Source of the DNA: Clostridia bacterium
GTDB lineage: Bacteria; Bacillota; Clostridia; Oscillospirales; CAG-272
Length of the DNA: 64,000 nt
Direction: 5' to 3'
NCBI GenBank assembly: GCA_017505785.1
Contig: JAFVOQ010000061.1
Span: forward strand, 62 to 64,061
Under the pieces are notes generated by a model. That model was not told the origin of the DNA. It saw nothing but the letters and a program-made list of their open reading frames with translations, and made no database searches. This document shows positions 46,886 to 56,960 of this stretch, piece by piece (position 1 is the stretch's first letter; each line of letters opens with the position of its first letter). The position numbers and the translations under genes are program-made.

Positions 46886-48085
46886 ATGCTTGGATTTATC
46901 ACCGCTAAGGGAAAAACGTTAACCCTTGCCGAAACCTACGAAAATGCAAAAAACCAAAATGTAGTGCTTCGCTATACTGATGTGAGCGAAGCGCAATACG
47001 AAAAATATTATACATCATTTCTTCAAGAATTTACGGTGTATGATGAAAAGTGTGTGGTTGGCAACCGTTTTGCAACGCTTGTAACGGACACGCATGAGTT
47101 ACATATCTGCTTTTATCCCGCAATTTCTGAAATGCGCGTTATTTACGGTGCGCGCGGTTGGTTGCCCCCAAAAGCAGTGCCAGATGCGGTAAACAAAGTC
47201 CCCGCCTCCTTTACACAGATCGGACTTGTCAACGGCGGCATGCTTTACGTAGCACAGCTTTCTGACGGCAGCTTCTTGATCATAGACGGCGGCAAAAAGA
47301 ACGATACAGATCGCGACGCTCTCTTAAACTTCTTATACGAGAAAAAGCCCACACATCACGAAAAGCCGAAGATTGCCGCTTGGCTTATTTCACACGCGCA
47401 TCACGACCATCTTCATTTATGCCTTGAATTTCTTGCCGATTACGGCGACAAGATAGAGCTTGCGCTCTTTGGCTATAACTTCCCTGATTTTGAAACCGAT
47501 ATTATCAAAAGCTCGCGCCCTGTCGAAACCGAGCATGCGGTGCTTTGGCAAGCGCGCACAAAGCAACTGCTTGACGAGCATTTCCCCACCGCCACGCGCT
47601 ACACCATGCACACGGGTCAAACGCTTCTTTTACCTGGCTGCAAGATAGACTTCCTTGGCACATGGGAGGATTATTGGCCCGGACTTATGAAGACGGTCAA
47701 CGAAACCTCCTTTATTGTTCGACTTACCTTTGAGGGCGGCCGCACCTTCCTTCTTCCGTGCGATGCTTGGAACGGACAAACCGATTTAGCCATCAAGATG
47801 TGGGGCGATCACCTGAAAAGTGACGTTTTGCAGGTCATTCACCACGGGCTTCGCGGAGGCAATATTCCCTTTTATGAGATGGTTTTGCCTGAAATCGTCT
47901 TTTGGCCGAGCTCCGAAACACGCTTTGTGGCAGCACCCGGATCGATTGTCGATCCCCAAACGGGCAAAAAAACAGCCGTTGTTCGCGACTTCGATACCAG
48001 TCTGTGGTTGCTTGAACGTGTGGAACGTCACTATCACTGTGGCAGGACCGTAACGGTTGATGCCAAAACTCTTGAAGAAATTTAA
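46886..48085 (+). CDS. MBL-fold metallo-hydrolase, paralogue 1
   Basis: FLIIDGG, ISHAHHDH (HxHxDH), NETS, LPCDA, QVIHHG; extended -10 TGTGATATAAT at 46841-51. Confidence 0.88.
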   Translation: MLGFITAKGKTLTLAETYENAKNQNVVLRYTDVSEAQYEKYYTSFLQEFTVYDEKCVVGNRFATLVTDTHELHICFYPAISEMRVIYGARGWLPPKAVPDAVNKVPASFTQIGLVNGGMLYVAQLSDGSFLIIDGGKKNDTDRDALLNFLYEKKPTHHEKPKIAAWLISHAHHDHLHLCLEFLADYGDKIELALFGYNFPDFETDIIKSSRPVETEHAVLWQARTKQLLDEHFPTATRYTMHTGQTLLLPGCKIDFLGTWEDYWPGLMKTVNETSFIVRLTFEGGRTFLLPCDAWNGQTDLAIKMWGDHLKSDVLQVIHHGLRGGNIPFYEMVLPEIVFWPSSETRFVAAPGSIVDPQTGKKTAVVRDFDTSLWLLERVERHYHCGRTVTVDAKTLEEI

Positions 48086-48091
48086 TATTAA

Positions 48092-48277
48092 GGGGGGCTG
48101 TCGCAAATTGCAAATTTGCGACAGCCTCTTCGCGTCAAAAAGGCGAAGGTAGGCTTTTTGACGCCGGGAATTTGTGCTTTTCACCCGTTTAGCGGGTGAA
48201 AATGGCGGTGTTTAGCCGCCAAACAAAAACCATAGGGGCTTGTCGACCAAATGCCTTGGCATTTGCGACAGCCCCCT
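48092..48277. mobile_element. MITE-like element with terminal inverted repeats and internal hairpins
   Basis: gggggctgtcgcaaat at the left end, atttgcgacagccccc at the right end; five hairpins; no ORF. Confidence 0.55.
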
Positions 48278-48380
48278 TTTTTTTGCAATTATTACAAATA
48301 TTTTATCAATATTCACTATCCTTGGGTTTCGCTTTGTGCTATAATGAAAACAATGACTGAAGCAAAAGTGAGGATCGTGT

Positions 48381-49580
48381 ATGCTTGATTTTATCACCGC
48401 CAAAGGAAAGGGGCTAACCCTTGCTAACACCTACGCAAACGCAAAAAATGAAAACGTAGTGCTTCGCTATACAAATGTGAGCGAGGCGGAATTTGAGGAA
48501 TACTACCACTCCCTTTCGTGCGATTTTACAGTTTACGATGAAAAAACGGTTGTTGGCAACCGCTTTGCAACACTTTTGACGGACACAAATGAGTTGCATA
48601 TTTGCTTTTATCCGGCAATTTCTGAAATGCGCGTTATTTACGGTACGCGCGGTTGGTTGCCACCGAAAACAGCACCAGCAAATGTTGGAAATGAACCGCT
48701 TACCGTAACACAAATGGGGCTTATTGTTAACAGCGGCGAATCCATCGTTGTAACCCTTTCTGACGGCAGTTTCTTGCTGATTGACGGCGGTAAGGAAGCC
48801 AACGATGATCACCAGGACCGCAAAAATCTCTTTCACTTCTTGTGGGAACATAAGCCTGCTCATCACGAAAAGCCAAAAATTGCCGCATGGCTTATTTCAC
48901 ACGCCCACACCGATCATATCAATCTCTGCCAAGAGTTTTTAAAGGAATACGGCGATCGCGTGGAGCTTGAGCTCTTTGGCTACAACTTCCCCGATTTTGA
49001 AACGGGCATTATCACCGCCTCCGAAGGATCCAAGGAACTTCATTGGCAAATAACCACCAAGGAATTGCTCGACGCGCGTTTTCCCAATACAACGCGCTAC
49101 ACGATGCATACGGGTCAAAGCCTGCTTTTGCCCGGGTGTGAGGTAGAGATCCTGCTCACTTGGGAGGACTTTTGGCCGCAGGAAATGCCGAGCGCCAACC
49201 ACTCCTCCTTCATCATACGCTTGAAATTTGACACGGGAAAGACAGTGATGCTTCCTTGTGACGCGTGGAAACCCGCAACTGCTGTAGCAGTTGCCGTTTG
49301 GGGTGATTATCTCAAGAGTGACGTGCTGCAAGTGGTACACCACGGACTTTCCGGCGGCAATATTGCCTTTTATGAGAAGGTCATGCCCGAAGTGTTGCTC
49401 TGGCCTACCCCCGAGATCCGCTTTGTATCTCCTGAACCCTATATCAATGAGGAAGGTTCGAAAAAGGCGGTGGCACGCCAGTTCGAGCCGAGCCGTTGGC
49501 TCATCGAGCACTTTGACCGTCATTATCACCACGGCAAAACCGTGACGCTTGATATGCGTGATCTTTCCGAATTACAATAA
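48381..49580 (+). CDS. MBL-fold metallo-hydrolase, paralogue 2
   Basis: FLLIDGG, ISHAHTDH, NHSS, LPCDA, QVVHHG; extended -10 TGTGCTATAAT at 48335-45. Confidence 0.88.
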   Translation: MLDFITAKGKGLTLANTYANAKNENVVLRYTNVSEAEFEEYYHSLSCDFTVYDEKTVVGNRFATLLTDTNELHICFYPAISEMRVIYGTRGWLPPKTAPANVGNEPLTVTQMGLIVNSGESIVVTLSDGSFLLIDGGKEANDDHQDRKNLFHFLWEHKPAHHEKPKIAAWLISHAHTDHINLCQEFLKEYGDRVELELFGYNFPDFETGIITASEGSKELHWQITTKELLDARFPNTTRYTMHTGQSLLLPGCEVEILLTWEDFWPQEMPSANHSSFIIRLKFDTGKTVMLPCDAWKPATAVAVAVWGDYLKSDVLQVVHHGLSGGNIAFYEKVMPEVLLWPTPEIRFVSPEPYINEEGSKKAVARQFEPSRWLIEHFDRHYHHGKTVTLDMRDLSELQ

Positions 49581-49587
49581 ACAAGAT

Positions 49588-49625
49588 GGGCTACTCAAGC
49601 ACTTAAGCGCTTGAGTAGCCCCTTT
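49588..49625. terminator. bidirectional terminator
   Basis: gggctactcaagc-8-gcttgagtagccc. Confidence 0.75.
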
Positions 49626-49629
49626 GATT

Positions 49630-49806
49630 TTATTTTATGATAGGCGTAATAACAGGCTTGCCCTCGCGGTCAAGCAGCGGCGTGATCCCGCCGGCATATC
49701 CGGATTGACGAAATACGTAGTTTACACCGGTTTGCGTATCTACCCAGATCTCTATCACATCCATTGCGCCCTGCTTATAAGTTCTTTCAAATCTTTTTTC
49801 TGCCAT
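49630..49806 (-). CDS. 58-aa DUF6440-like small protein (absent from the ORF track)
   Basis: MAEKRFERTYKQGAMDVIEIWVDTQTGVNYVFRQSGYAGGITPLLDREGKPVITPIIK; GAGGA RBS just after the malQ stop. Confidence 0.8.
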   Translation of the reverse strand: MAEKRFERTYKQGAMDVIEIWVDTQTGVNYVFRQSGYAGGITPLLDREGKPVITPIIK

Positions 49807-49815
49807 AACAATTCC

Positions 49816-51258
49816 TCATATTCTGCCGTAAAGCTCATTCAAACGGCGATATTTTGCCACATCAAGCCCCTTTAGTTGATCGGAAGTGATGCGGTAACCC
49901 CAGTTCCCGGCCGCCCTGCCGGGTGTGTTCATGCGTGTATCAGCTCCAAATCCAAGCAGATCCTGTACAGGGAAAATCACAAGCCCCGCGTGGCTTTGCA
50001 GCATGGTGCGTAAAATAGCATCGTAACCGTTATCCCAATTTGCATCGGTGTAGCCGCAATATTCAAGCATTTGTGCTCTTGTGGCACTGTCAAGCTCCCA
50101 TACATACCCAAGTAAGGTGTTGTTATCGTGTGTTCCGGTATAAGCAACACAGTTTTGCTCATATGTATGCGGCAGATGCGGCGTTGCGGGATCACCAAGA
50201 AATGCAAACTGGAACACGCGCATACCGGGGAACCCGCTTTTTGTCACAAGCCGACGAACAGCATCGGTAATGTCACCGAGATCCTCAGCGATAATAAGCT
50301 TATCCCCTGCCACTGCTTTCAGTGCCTTGATCAGCGACATACCGGGCCCCTTCACCCATTTCCCCTCCTTGGCGGTTTTGGCGGTGGCAGGCACGCTCCA
50401 AAATGCTTCAAAGGCACGAAAATGGTCAATTCGCACACCGTCAAAAAGCTCGAGCATAAAGGAAAGTCGCTCGCGCCACCAATGAAAGCCGTCTGCCTTC
50501 ATTTTCTTCCAATTATAAAGCGGATTGCCCCAAAGCTGACCTTCTTTTGCAAAATAATCGGGTGGCACACCCGATACAACGGTTGGATGCCCCTGCTCAT
50601 TGAGTAAGAATTGATCACGGTTGCCAAACACATCAGCACTGTCATCAGCAACGTAGATCGGTATGTCGCCAATTACCAAGATGCCTTTTTCGTTGGCATA
50701 AGCCTTTACCGCCTGCCATTGTCGCCAAAAGTAAAACTGCGTAAAAGCAAAATAGAAGTAATCGTTAGAGTCAGGCTCAAAAACCGTAAAATCCTGCCAT
50801 GCAGCACCGCCGTTTGCGCGCTTTAACGCAAGAAAACGGCAAGCGTTATCCAGCTGTGGACGGGATTTCACAAAATCAAGAATTTGTTCACGGTTGCTGA
50901 CACGCGATGCGGCAAGGCGCAGCAACACCTCACGCTCACGGGAAAGACGTTCACTTTCTACCGAAAAAGGAGTTTGTTGTTTTGCAGCTTTTAATTCCTC
51001 ATCGCACAAAAGCCCCTCGCGTGCAAGTAATGGCAGATCGATAAAATACGGATTACCGGCAAAGGATGCCTCCGATTTATAGGGGGAGCCCAATGCATCC
51101 GGAATACAAAACGGAAGCACCTGCCAGTATGAAAAGCCGCTGCTTTTCAAAAAATCCACAAATTCAAAAGCGGGCTTTCCGAATGAACCGATCGAATACT
51201 CCCCGTGAAGAGAGGAAATATGCATCAAAACACCGCTTTTTCTCTTAATGACTGTCAT
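49816..51258 (-). CDS. malQ: 4-alpha-glucanotransferase (amylomaltase, GH77)
   Basis: GVLMHISSL, WQVLP, GDIPIYV, GVPPDYF, WGNPLY, RIDHFRAF, AEDLG, YTGTHDNNT; ATG 51258 overlaps the polA end. Confidence 0.97.
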   Translation of the reverse strand: MTVIKRKSGVLMHISSLHGEYSIGSFGKPAFEFVDFLKSSGFSYWQVLPFCIPDALGSPYKSEASFAGNPYFIDLPLLAREGLLCDEELKAAKQQTPFSVESERLSREREVLLRLAASRVSNREQILDFVKSRPQLDNACRFLALKRANGGAAWQDFTVFEPDSNDYFYFAFTQFYFWRQWQAVKAYANEKGILVIGDIPIYVADDSADVFGNRDQFLLNEQGHPTVVSGVPPDYFAKEGQLWGNPLYNWKKMKADGFHWWRERLSFMLELFDGVRIDHFRAFEAFWSVPATAKTAKEGKWVKGPGMSLIKALKAVAGDKLIIAEDLGDITDAVRRLVTKSGFPGMRVFQFAFLGDPATPHLPHTYEQNCVAYTGTHDNNTLLGYVWELDSATRAQMLEYCGYTDANWDNGYDAILRTMLQSHAGLVIFPVQDLLGFGADTRMNTPGRAAGNWGYRITSDQLKGLDVAKYRRLNELYGRI

Positions 51259-53761
51259 ACCAGTTTTCTCCTTGTGCAACGCCAACCTTTAATGCTACCG
51301 AAAGCACAGCCGCATTTTCCATTTCCTCAATCAAAATCGCCTTTGCTTCATCTGCCACATCCTTGTGCGTTTCAATGATCAGCTCATCGTGCACCTGCAA
51401 AACAAGACGTGCGTCAAGCCCACGATCAGCAAGCCTTTCTGCTACGTGGATCATAGCGATTTTAATAATATCGGCTGCCGTACCCTGTATCGGGCTGTTC
51501 ATTGCTACACGCTCACCAAAGTGCTGCATATTTTTGTTTTGCATCTTTAACTCGGGAATATAGCGGCGGCGACCGAACAGGGTAGTAACGTACCCCCGAT
51601 CCTTCGCCTCGGCAACAACGTTTTTAAGATAAGCATCAATGCCGGGATACGCAGCAAAATAATTGGCAATATACTCTCTTGCCTGTGACATTGAAATGTG
51701 CAGATCCTCTGAAAGGCTGTGTGCGCCCATACCGTAAAGAATACCGAAATTGACTGCTTTGGCACGCTTGCGAAGGTCGGGTGTAACGGCAGAAAGAGGC
51801 ACACCAAATACATTTGCGGCAGTGGCGGCGTGAATATCCTCGCCGCTTGCAAACGCCTCGATCATAGCGTTATCGTTTGCCATTGCCGCAAGCAAGCGAA
51901 GCTCAATTTGAGAGTAGTCTGCGTCAATTAATAAATAATTGCTGTTTTTTGTGATAAAATAACGCCTTAATTCTCTGCCAAGCTCGGTGCGTATCGGAAT
52001 GTTTTGCAGATTGGGTTCTGCCGAAGAAAGGCGCCCCGTAGCGGTTCCTGTCTGCTTGAAGGTGGTGTGGATGCGCCCGTCACTCTCGACCTGCCGTAGT
52101 AACCCCTCGGCATAGGTGCTGTTTAGCTTGGTGAGTTGTCTGTAATCCAGAATGTCATCAACGATCGGGTGAACATAGCGCAGCTTCTCAAGGACCTCTG
52201 CATTGGTGGAAAATCCCGTTTTTGTCTTTTTACCGTGAGGCAAGCCAAGCCTCTCAAACAAGACCTCGCCAAGCTGCTTGGGAGAATTGATGTTAAATTC
52301 CCCACCCGCCGCAAAATAAATACGTGCGGCAAGCTGCTCTGCCAACTCTTTAAGCTGTTTTCCATATGCCAAAAGTCCTGCCTTATCTACCTGGAAGCCA
52401 ACAAGCTCCATGTCAGCCAAAACACGGCAAAGCGGCATTTCGATATTGTAAAGCAAGCCCTCAAGCGAAAGCTCCTGAATACGCTTCTCGAGCTCCTGCT
52501 TTAAAGCATAGACTGTTTTAACATGTGAAGGCACTGCCCCTGTTTGCTCACCAAGATAAGTGAGGGACAAGCGCGGCAGATCAAATCCATTTTCCGCAGG
52601 ATTTAACACATAGGCGGCAAGCATGGTATCAAACCGACAGCCGCGCCATGTAATATCGCGCTTTTGCAGCTCTTTATACACAGCCTTGGCATCGTGGCAA
52701 ATAACGTGCCCCTTGCCTTTTTCAAGAAACGCCAAAATTGCTTCACGGTCGCAAAGCCTGCCAACACGCTCTCCGTCTGACACATATGCTTCACCGTCAA
52801 TCATATCAAAGGCGATCTCGTTTTCAAAACCAATTACATCGGCAGCAGTCAAGCACTCAGTAGGAATTGCTTGCTCTACCTCTACCTTTTGCTGAGGCTC
52901 GCTTAAGCCAAAGCGTTTGATAAACGCATTAAATTCAAATTTTGTAAATAGCTTGAGCAAAGCGGCTCGATCGGGCCCATCATACAGATAATCGGAAAGT
53001 ACGGTACTGATCGGAACCTCTGTGAAAATAGTTGCTAACTTTTGTGAAAGGTAGGCACTCTCCTTCCCCTCCTCAAGCTTGCGTCGCACAGAGGGGGTGA
53101 GCGTTGCCGTTGGCAGATCCTGATATACGCCGTCAAGCGAGCCGTGGTCGGCAATCAGCTTGAGGGCCGTTTTTTCACCGATCCCCGGCACGCCGGGGAT
53201 ATGGTCGGAGCTATCACCCATTAACGCCTTCACATCTACAAATTGCGTGGCGGCAACACCGTACTTTTCAAAAAAGCGCTCCTTGCCAAAATCAACCGTG
53301 TCGGTATTGGTGACAAGCAGTACGTGCACACGGTCGGAGATGAGCTGTAATGCATCGCGATCACCCGTGAGGATATATGCTTCCACATCCTCTTCCTTTT
53401 CGGCAATGGCAGCAAGCGTTCCGAGAATATCGTCTGCTTCAAAGCCCTCTTTTTCAAGACAAGAAAAGCCAAGCGCCCCTGCTATTTCCTTTGCCGCAGG
53501 CATTTGTGCCACCAGATCTTCGGGGGTGGGTCTGCGCCCCGCCTTATACTCATCATACATAAGATGACGAAACGTCGGCGCTTTCAAATCAAAGGCAATC
53601 GCACAAAAATCCGGCTTTACAGCCTCTAAATTTTTTTCCAAGATTCCAACCATGCCAAAAAGCGCATTGGTTGGAAAGCCCTCCTTGTTGGAAAGCGGGC
53701 GTACGCCGTAAAACGCACGGTTTACAATACTGTTTCCGTCAACAGCCAGAAGCTTTTTCAT
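51245..53761 (-). CDS. polA: DNA polymerase I
   Basis: 5'-3' exonuclease (VDGNS..NRAFY, EADDILGT, GDRD), ADYSQIELR, KAVNFGILYG, LQVHDEL; TTGACA-17-TATAAT upstream. Confidence 0.98.
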   Translation of the reverse strand: MKKLLAVDGNSIVNRAFYGVRPLSNKEGFPTNALFGMVGILEKNLEAVKPDFCAIAFDLKAPTFRHLMYDEYKAGRRPTPEDLVAQMPAAKEIAGALGFSCLEKEGFEADDILGTLAAIAEKEEDVEAYILTGDRDALQLISDRVHVLLVTNTDTVDFGKERFFEKYGVAATQFVDVKALMGDSSDHIPGVPGIGEKTALKLIADHGSLDGVYQDLPTATLTPSVRRKLEEGKESAYLSQKLATIFTEVPISTVLSDYLYDGPDRAALLKLFTKFEFNAFIKRFGLSEPQQKVEVEQAIPTECLTAADVIGFENEIAFDMIDGEAYVSDGERVGRLCDREAILAFLEKGKGHVICHDAKAVYKELQKRDITWRGCRFDTMLAAYVLNPAENGFDLPRLSLTYLGEQTGAVPSHVKTVYALKQELEKRIQELSLEGLLYNIEMPLCRVLADMELVGFQVDKAGLLAYGKQLKELAEQLAARIYFAAGGEFNINSPKQLGEVLFERLGLPHGKKTKTGFSTNAEVLEKLRYVHPIVDDILDYRQLTKLNSTYAEGLLRQVESDGRIHTTFKQTGTATGRLSSAEPNLQNIPIRTELGRELRRYFITKNSNYLLIDADYSQIELRLLAAMANDNAMIEAFASGEDIHAATAANVFGVPLSAVTPDLRKRAKAVNFGILYGMGAHSLSEDLHISMSQAREYIANYFAAYPGIDAYLKNVVAEAKDRGYVTTLFGRRRYIPELKMQNKNMQHFGERVAMNSPIQGTAADIIKIAMIHVAERLADRGLDARLVLQVHDELIIETHKDVADEAKAILIEEMENAAVLSVALKVGVAQGENWYDSH

Positions 53762-53916
53762 AAGGACCTCCGTTGTTTTATTAACATTATTATACTACTT
53801 AAAATAATTTATGTCAATGAAACGGAGCCCGACTGTCGAAATTTTCCTCAAAAGTATTGTCTTTTTGAGCTGTCTGTGATAAAATAATATGGTAATCAAA
53901 AAAGTGAGGTTTCTTT

Positions 53917-54351
53917 ATGCAAAAAAAGGATTACTTAAAAAAAATCTGGCTTTCTGCCTGTATGTATTATACCGCTACCACGTTTTTACTGATCTTTCTT
54001 TTTTGGCTCATTAGCAATGATATCACGCGTGCTATGCATCCCGTGGCTTTGATGCTGATCCTGCCCTTTTCAATTTTCTTTGCCACTGCAAATACACTTT
54101 TCAAATATGCAAGCCTTGCAGAATGGATAAAGGTCTTACTCCACTATACACTGACCATGACGGGCATTTGGTGCTTTTTGTTTTTGCCAAACAAGGCAGA
54201 CGGGCAAACAGCAGGTGGCGCATTTATCCTTTATATGGTTCTTACCTTGATTTACGCGATCATCATGGGAATCGTGCTGTATATGCGCGGTAGAATCAAG
54301 CGTATTGCGCGCGAGGAAACAAAATATACGAGCGTATATAAGAAAAAATAA
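53917..54351 (+). CDS. hypothetical 4-TM membrane protein
   Basis: 144-aa hydrophobic ORF, GAGG RBS. Confidence 0.75.
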   Translation: MQKKDYLKKIWLSACMYYTATTFLLIFLFWLISNDITRAMHPVALMLILPFSIFFATANTLFKYASLAEWIKVLLHYTLTMTGIWCFLFLPNKADGQTAGGAFILYMVLTLIYAIIMGIVLYMRGRIKRIAREETKYTSVYKKK

Positions 54352-54391
54352 AATCACATAATACGGTTGAAGTTCAAACGGAGGTATTCTC

Positions 54392-55120
54392 ATGCACTTC
54401 AACCGTGTTTTTTTATGCCTGCTTTGCTGCTTACTTCTATGCAACGGTTGCGAAAAGGCTTCTGCCGCACATACCGAAGCTATGCAAGAGCAGGTATGTA
54501 ACAAGCAGGCTTGCTTTCTTGATACACTGACATTTTTGGGCGATTCCACAACCGCACACATGCTTTTACGCGCGCCGCTAAAGGACGGCAAGGAATCAAA
54601 GCAGGTTTGGGCAACCAAAAGCCGTTATTTAAATTTAAGCTCACGCATCACCTATGAAAAGATCATATGCCCCGAAAACGGGCAGGAGCTTACCATTGCC
54701 GAGGTGGCAGCAGTTACAAAACCCGCACGGCTTGTGATTACACTTGGGATCGACTACGGTGTATATTATTACCGAAACAAGCTTGATACCTTTGGTTATT
54801 ACTATGAAAAGCTGTTAGATGCTATTTTAGCCGCCTCACCAAACACCAATTTGATCTTACAATCAATCTTCCCAGTGGGAAAGAACAGCACGGTTATCAC
54901 CAATGCCATGGTGGACAACGCCAACCGCGTAATTGCTGAAATTGCCGCGCGTCGCTCGCTTGTTTATATCGACACCGCAACAGCTTTAAAGGATGCCGAA
55001 GGATATCTGAAAGCTGACTATTGCTACAGCGATGACGGCATACACCTCACCGCCTCGGCGTATGAAGCAATATTTGAAAATATCAAAAAATATGAAGCTG
55101 AGGTTAGGTCAAAGGAATGA
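54392..55120 (+). CDS. SGNH/GDSL hydrolase-like lipoprotein
   Basis: Cys-containing signal peptide, FLGDS, TLGID, DGIHLT. Confidence 0.85.
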   Translation: MHFNRVFLCLLCCLLLCNGCEKASAAHTEAMQEQVCNKQACFLDTLTFLGDSTTAHMLLRAPLKDGKESKQVWATKSRYLNLSSRITYEKIICPENGQELTIAEVAAVTKPARLVITLGIDYGVYYYRNKLDTFGYYYEKLLDAILAASPNTNLILQSIFPVGKNSTVITNAMVDNANRVIAEIAARRSLVYIDTATALKDAEGYLKADYCYSDDGIHLTASAYEAIFENIKKYEAEVRSKE

Positions 55121-55590
55121 AAAGATTACTATTCACCATGATCGCGCTTTCCCTGCTATTTTCTGCATGTGAACGCAAAGCTAATACACCTGATATCACC
55201 ACCGTAACAAACAAGGTGTTAAGTGTACTTGACAGCAAGGATGAGTTTACCCTTGCTGACGATGATTTTGCCGAAAACAATCTTATGTCCGACGATTTGA
55301 TTGATGACTGTAAAATTTATATTGGTGAAGGCAAAGAGATCGGCATTTTAAAGCTTGAGAAGGATGCGAACCAAACGGCAGCGGAGCGCTCCCTTATGGA
55401 GTATCTCACAAACGAAGCAAGCGCAATCTCCTCGCTCGTGACATTATATCCAAGCGAAGCACTCACAGAAAAGCTGGGAAGATACCAAAATGCAACGGTT
55501 GTGCAAAAAGGGCGATACATTTGCTATCTGGTATTGCCCGAAGCAGAAGCGGCAAAAGCAAAAGACGCCTTTTTAAAGGTGCTTTCGTAA
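55117..55590 (+). CDS. DUF4358-like lipoprotein
   Basis: Lipobox LFSAC; 'NATVVQKGRYICYLV' C-terminus; overlaps the upstream stop. Confidence 0.65.
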   Translation: MKRLLFTMIALSLLFSACERKANTPDITTVTNKVLSVLDSKDEFTLADDDFAENNLMSDDLIDDCKIYIGEGKEIGILKLEKDANQTAAERSLMEYLTNEASAISSLVTLYPSEALTEKLGRYQNATVVQKGRYICYLVLPEAEAAKAKDAFLKVLS

Positions 55591-55630
55591 AAAAACAAGC
55601 CTTGGTGCGTGGCACCAAGGCTTGTTTTTT
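55590..55630. terminator. bidirectional terminator
   Basis: 19-bp stem aaaaaacaagccttggtgc-gtg-gcaccaaggcttgtttttt. Confidence 0.85.
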
Positions 55631-55651
55631 AGGTTTAAAATTTTATTTGCC

Positions 55652-56959
55652 TTAATTTTTACCAAGCAAATGATTGATAAACTGCTGGGCGGTTCTGCCC
55701 GAAACGCCGCCGTGGCGAAGCTCCCAGCGGTTTGCCTCTAAACGAAGCTCCTCACGCGGCATCGCAATGCCGTGGCGCGCGGCAAGCTCGTCTACAATCT
55801 CATAATACTCAGCGGGAGTCGGCTTGGAATAATTGATTGCAACGCCAAAGCGCGTAGCAAGCGAAAGCTTTTCCTCCATAGTGTCGGAATGATGTACATC
55901 TTGATCAGTGAGCTTGACGTCACTGCGGTCCCCCCATGTTTCACGAATGAGGTGGCGGCGGTTTGAGGTAGCATAGATCAGCACATTTTCGGGCTTGGTT
56001 TCAACACCGCCCTCGATCACTGCTTTCAGGAACTTATACTCAATTTCAAATTCCTCAAAGGAAAGATCGTCCATATAAATAATAAACTTATAGTTACGGT
56101 TTTTGATCTGCGCGATCACCTGCGAGAGATCCTTAAACTGATGCTTATAGATCTCGATCATACGAAGCCCACGCGGATAAAACTCATTGACTATAGCCTT
56201 AATGCTGGTCGATTTACCCGTGCCGCTATCACCGTACAAAAGCACGTTATTGGCACGCTTGCCCGAAACAAATGCCTCGGTGTTTTCCACCAGCTGTGCT
56301 TTTTGCTGCTCGTACCCCACAAGATCGGAAAGCATAACTCTTTCCATATTGTTAATGGGCTGAAAGGCAACACGATTTTCCGTGCCCGATTGAACACGAA
56401 ACGCCTTGTTAAGCCCAAATTGCCCAACGCCGTAAGCGCGGTAAAAATCGGTTATGCCGCAAAAAAACTCGTCGGTCGTGGTAGCTGCTGCAAGCACATC
56501 GGAGAGTGCTTGCACCTTTTCACTCACGCTCTTGTTATACATAAGCTCCGGCTTTTTGATCGCCTGATAGCTTGTGATGCAGGAAAAGCAATCGATACAA
56601 AGCCGCTTCTCGAGCGAGGAGAAATCATAATGAAAAAGTTCTATGAAGGCGGCGCAGTCACTTTTTGCAAAATGATTCACACTCCCCTCTCGCACGCCCA
56701 TTTTTTCACAGGTGAGCGTGAAGGGGTTTTCATCGGTCATGAGTAAAAAGGTGAGATAATTTTGCCAAAGATTTTTGTCAAACCCAAAATCCGTAGCCAG
56801 CACCAACAGGCGTTTTACCTGCCGATAAACACGCGCAACAAGCGCTTCCTTGTTATAGCTCTCCCCCTTCGCCTCACGGCAAATAGCCGCAAGCTCCGCA
56901 AGGATACTGTCGCTTGGCAGATCACCAAAAATCAAAAGCTTTGAAACAATCTTATCCAT
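55652..56959 (-). CDS. DUF815-family AAA+ ATPase
   Basis: [41 protein letters not shown]; ATG 1 nt after the pyrB stop. Confidence 0.9.
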   Translation of the reverse strand: MDKIVSKLLIFGDLPSDSILAELAAICREAKGESYNKEALVARVYRQVKRLLVLATDFGFDKNLWQNYLTFLLMTDENPFTLTCEKMGVREGSVNHFAKSDCAAFIELFHYDFSSLEKRLCIDCFSCITSYQAIKKPELMYNKSVSEKVQALSDVLAAATTTDEFFCGITDFYRAYGVGQFGLNKAFRVQSGTENRVAFQPINNMERVMLSDLVGYEQQKAQLVENTEAFVSGKRANNVLLYGDSGTGKSTSIKAIVNEFYPRGLRMIEIYKHQFKDLSQVIAQIKNRNYKFIIYMDDLSFEEFEIEYKFLKAVIEGGVETKPENVLIYATSNRRHLIRETWGDRSDVKLTDQDVHHSDTMEEKLSLATRFGVAINYSKPTPAEYYEIVDELAARHGIAMPREELRLEANRWELRHGGVSGRTAQQFINHLLGKN

Positions 56960-56960
56960 A

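Noticed and set aside
46753-49623. Integron cassette array reading of the hairpin-flanked MBL genes
   Set aside because: No GTTRRRY/RYYYAAC attC cores, no integrase, and each gene has its own promoter.
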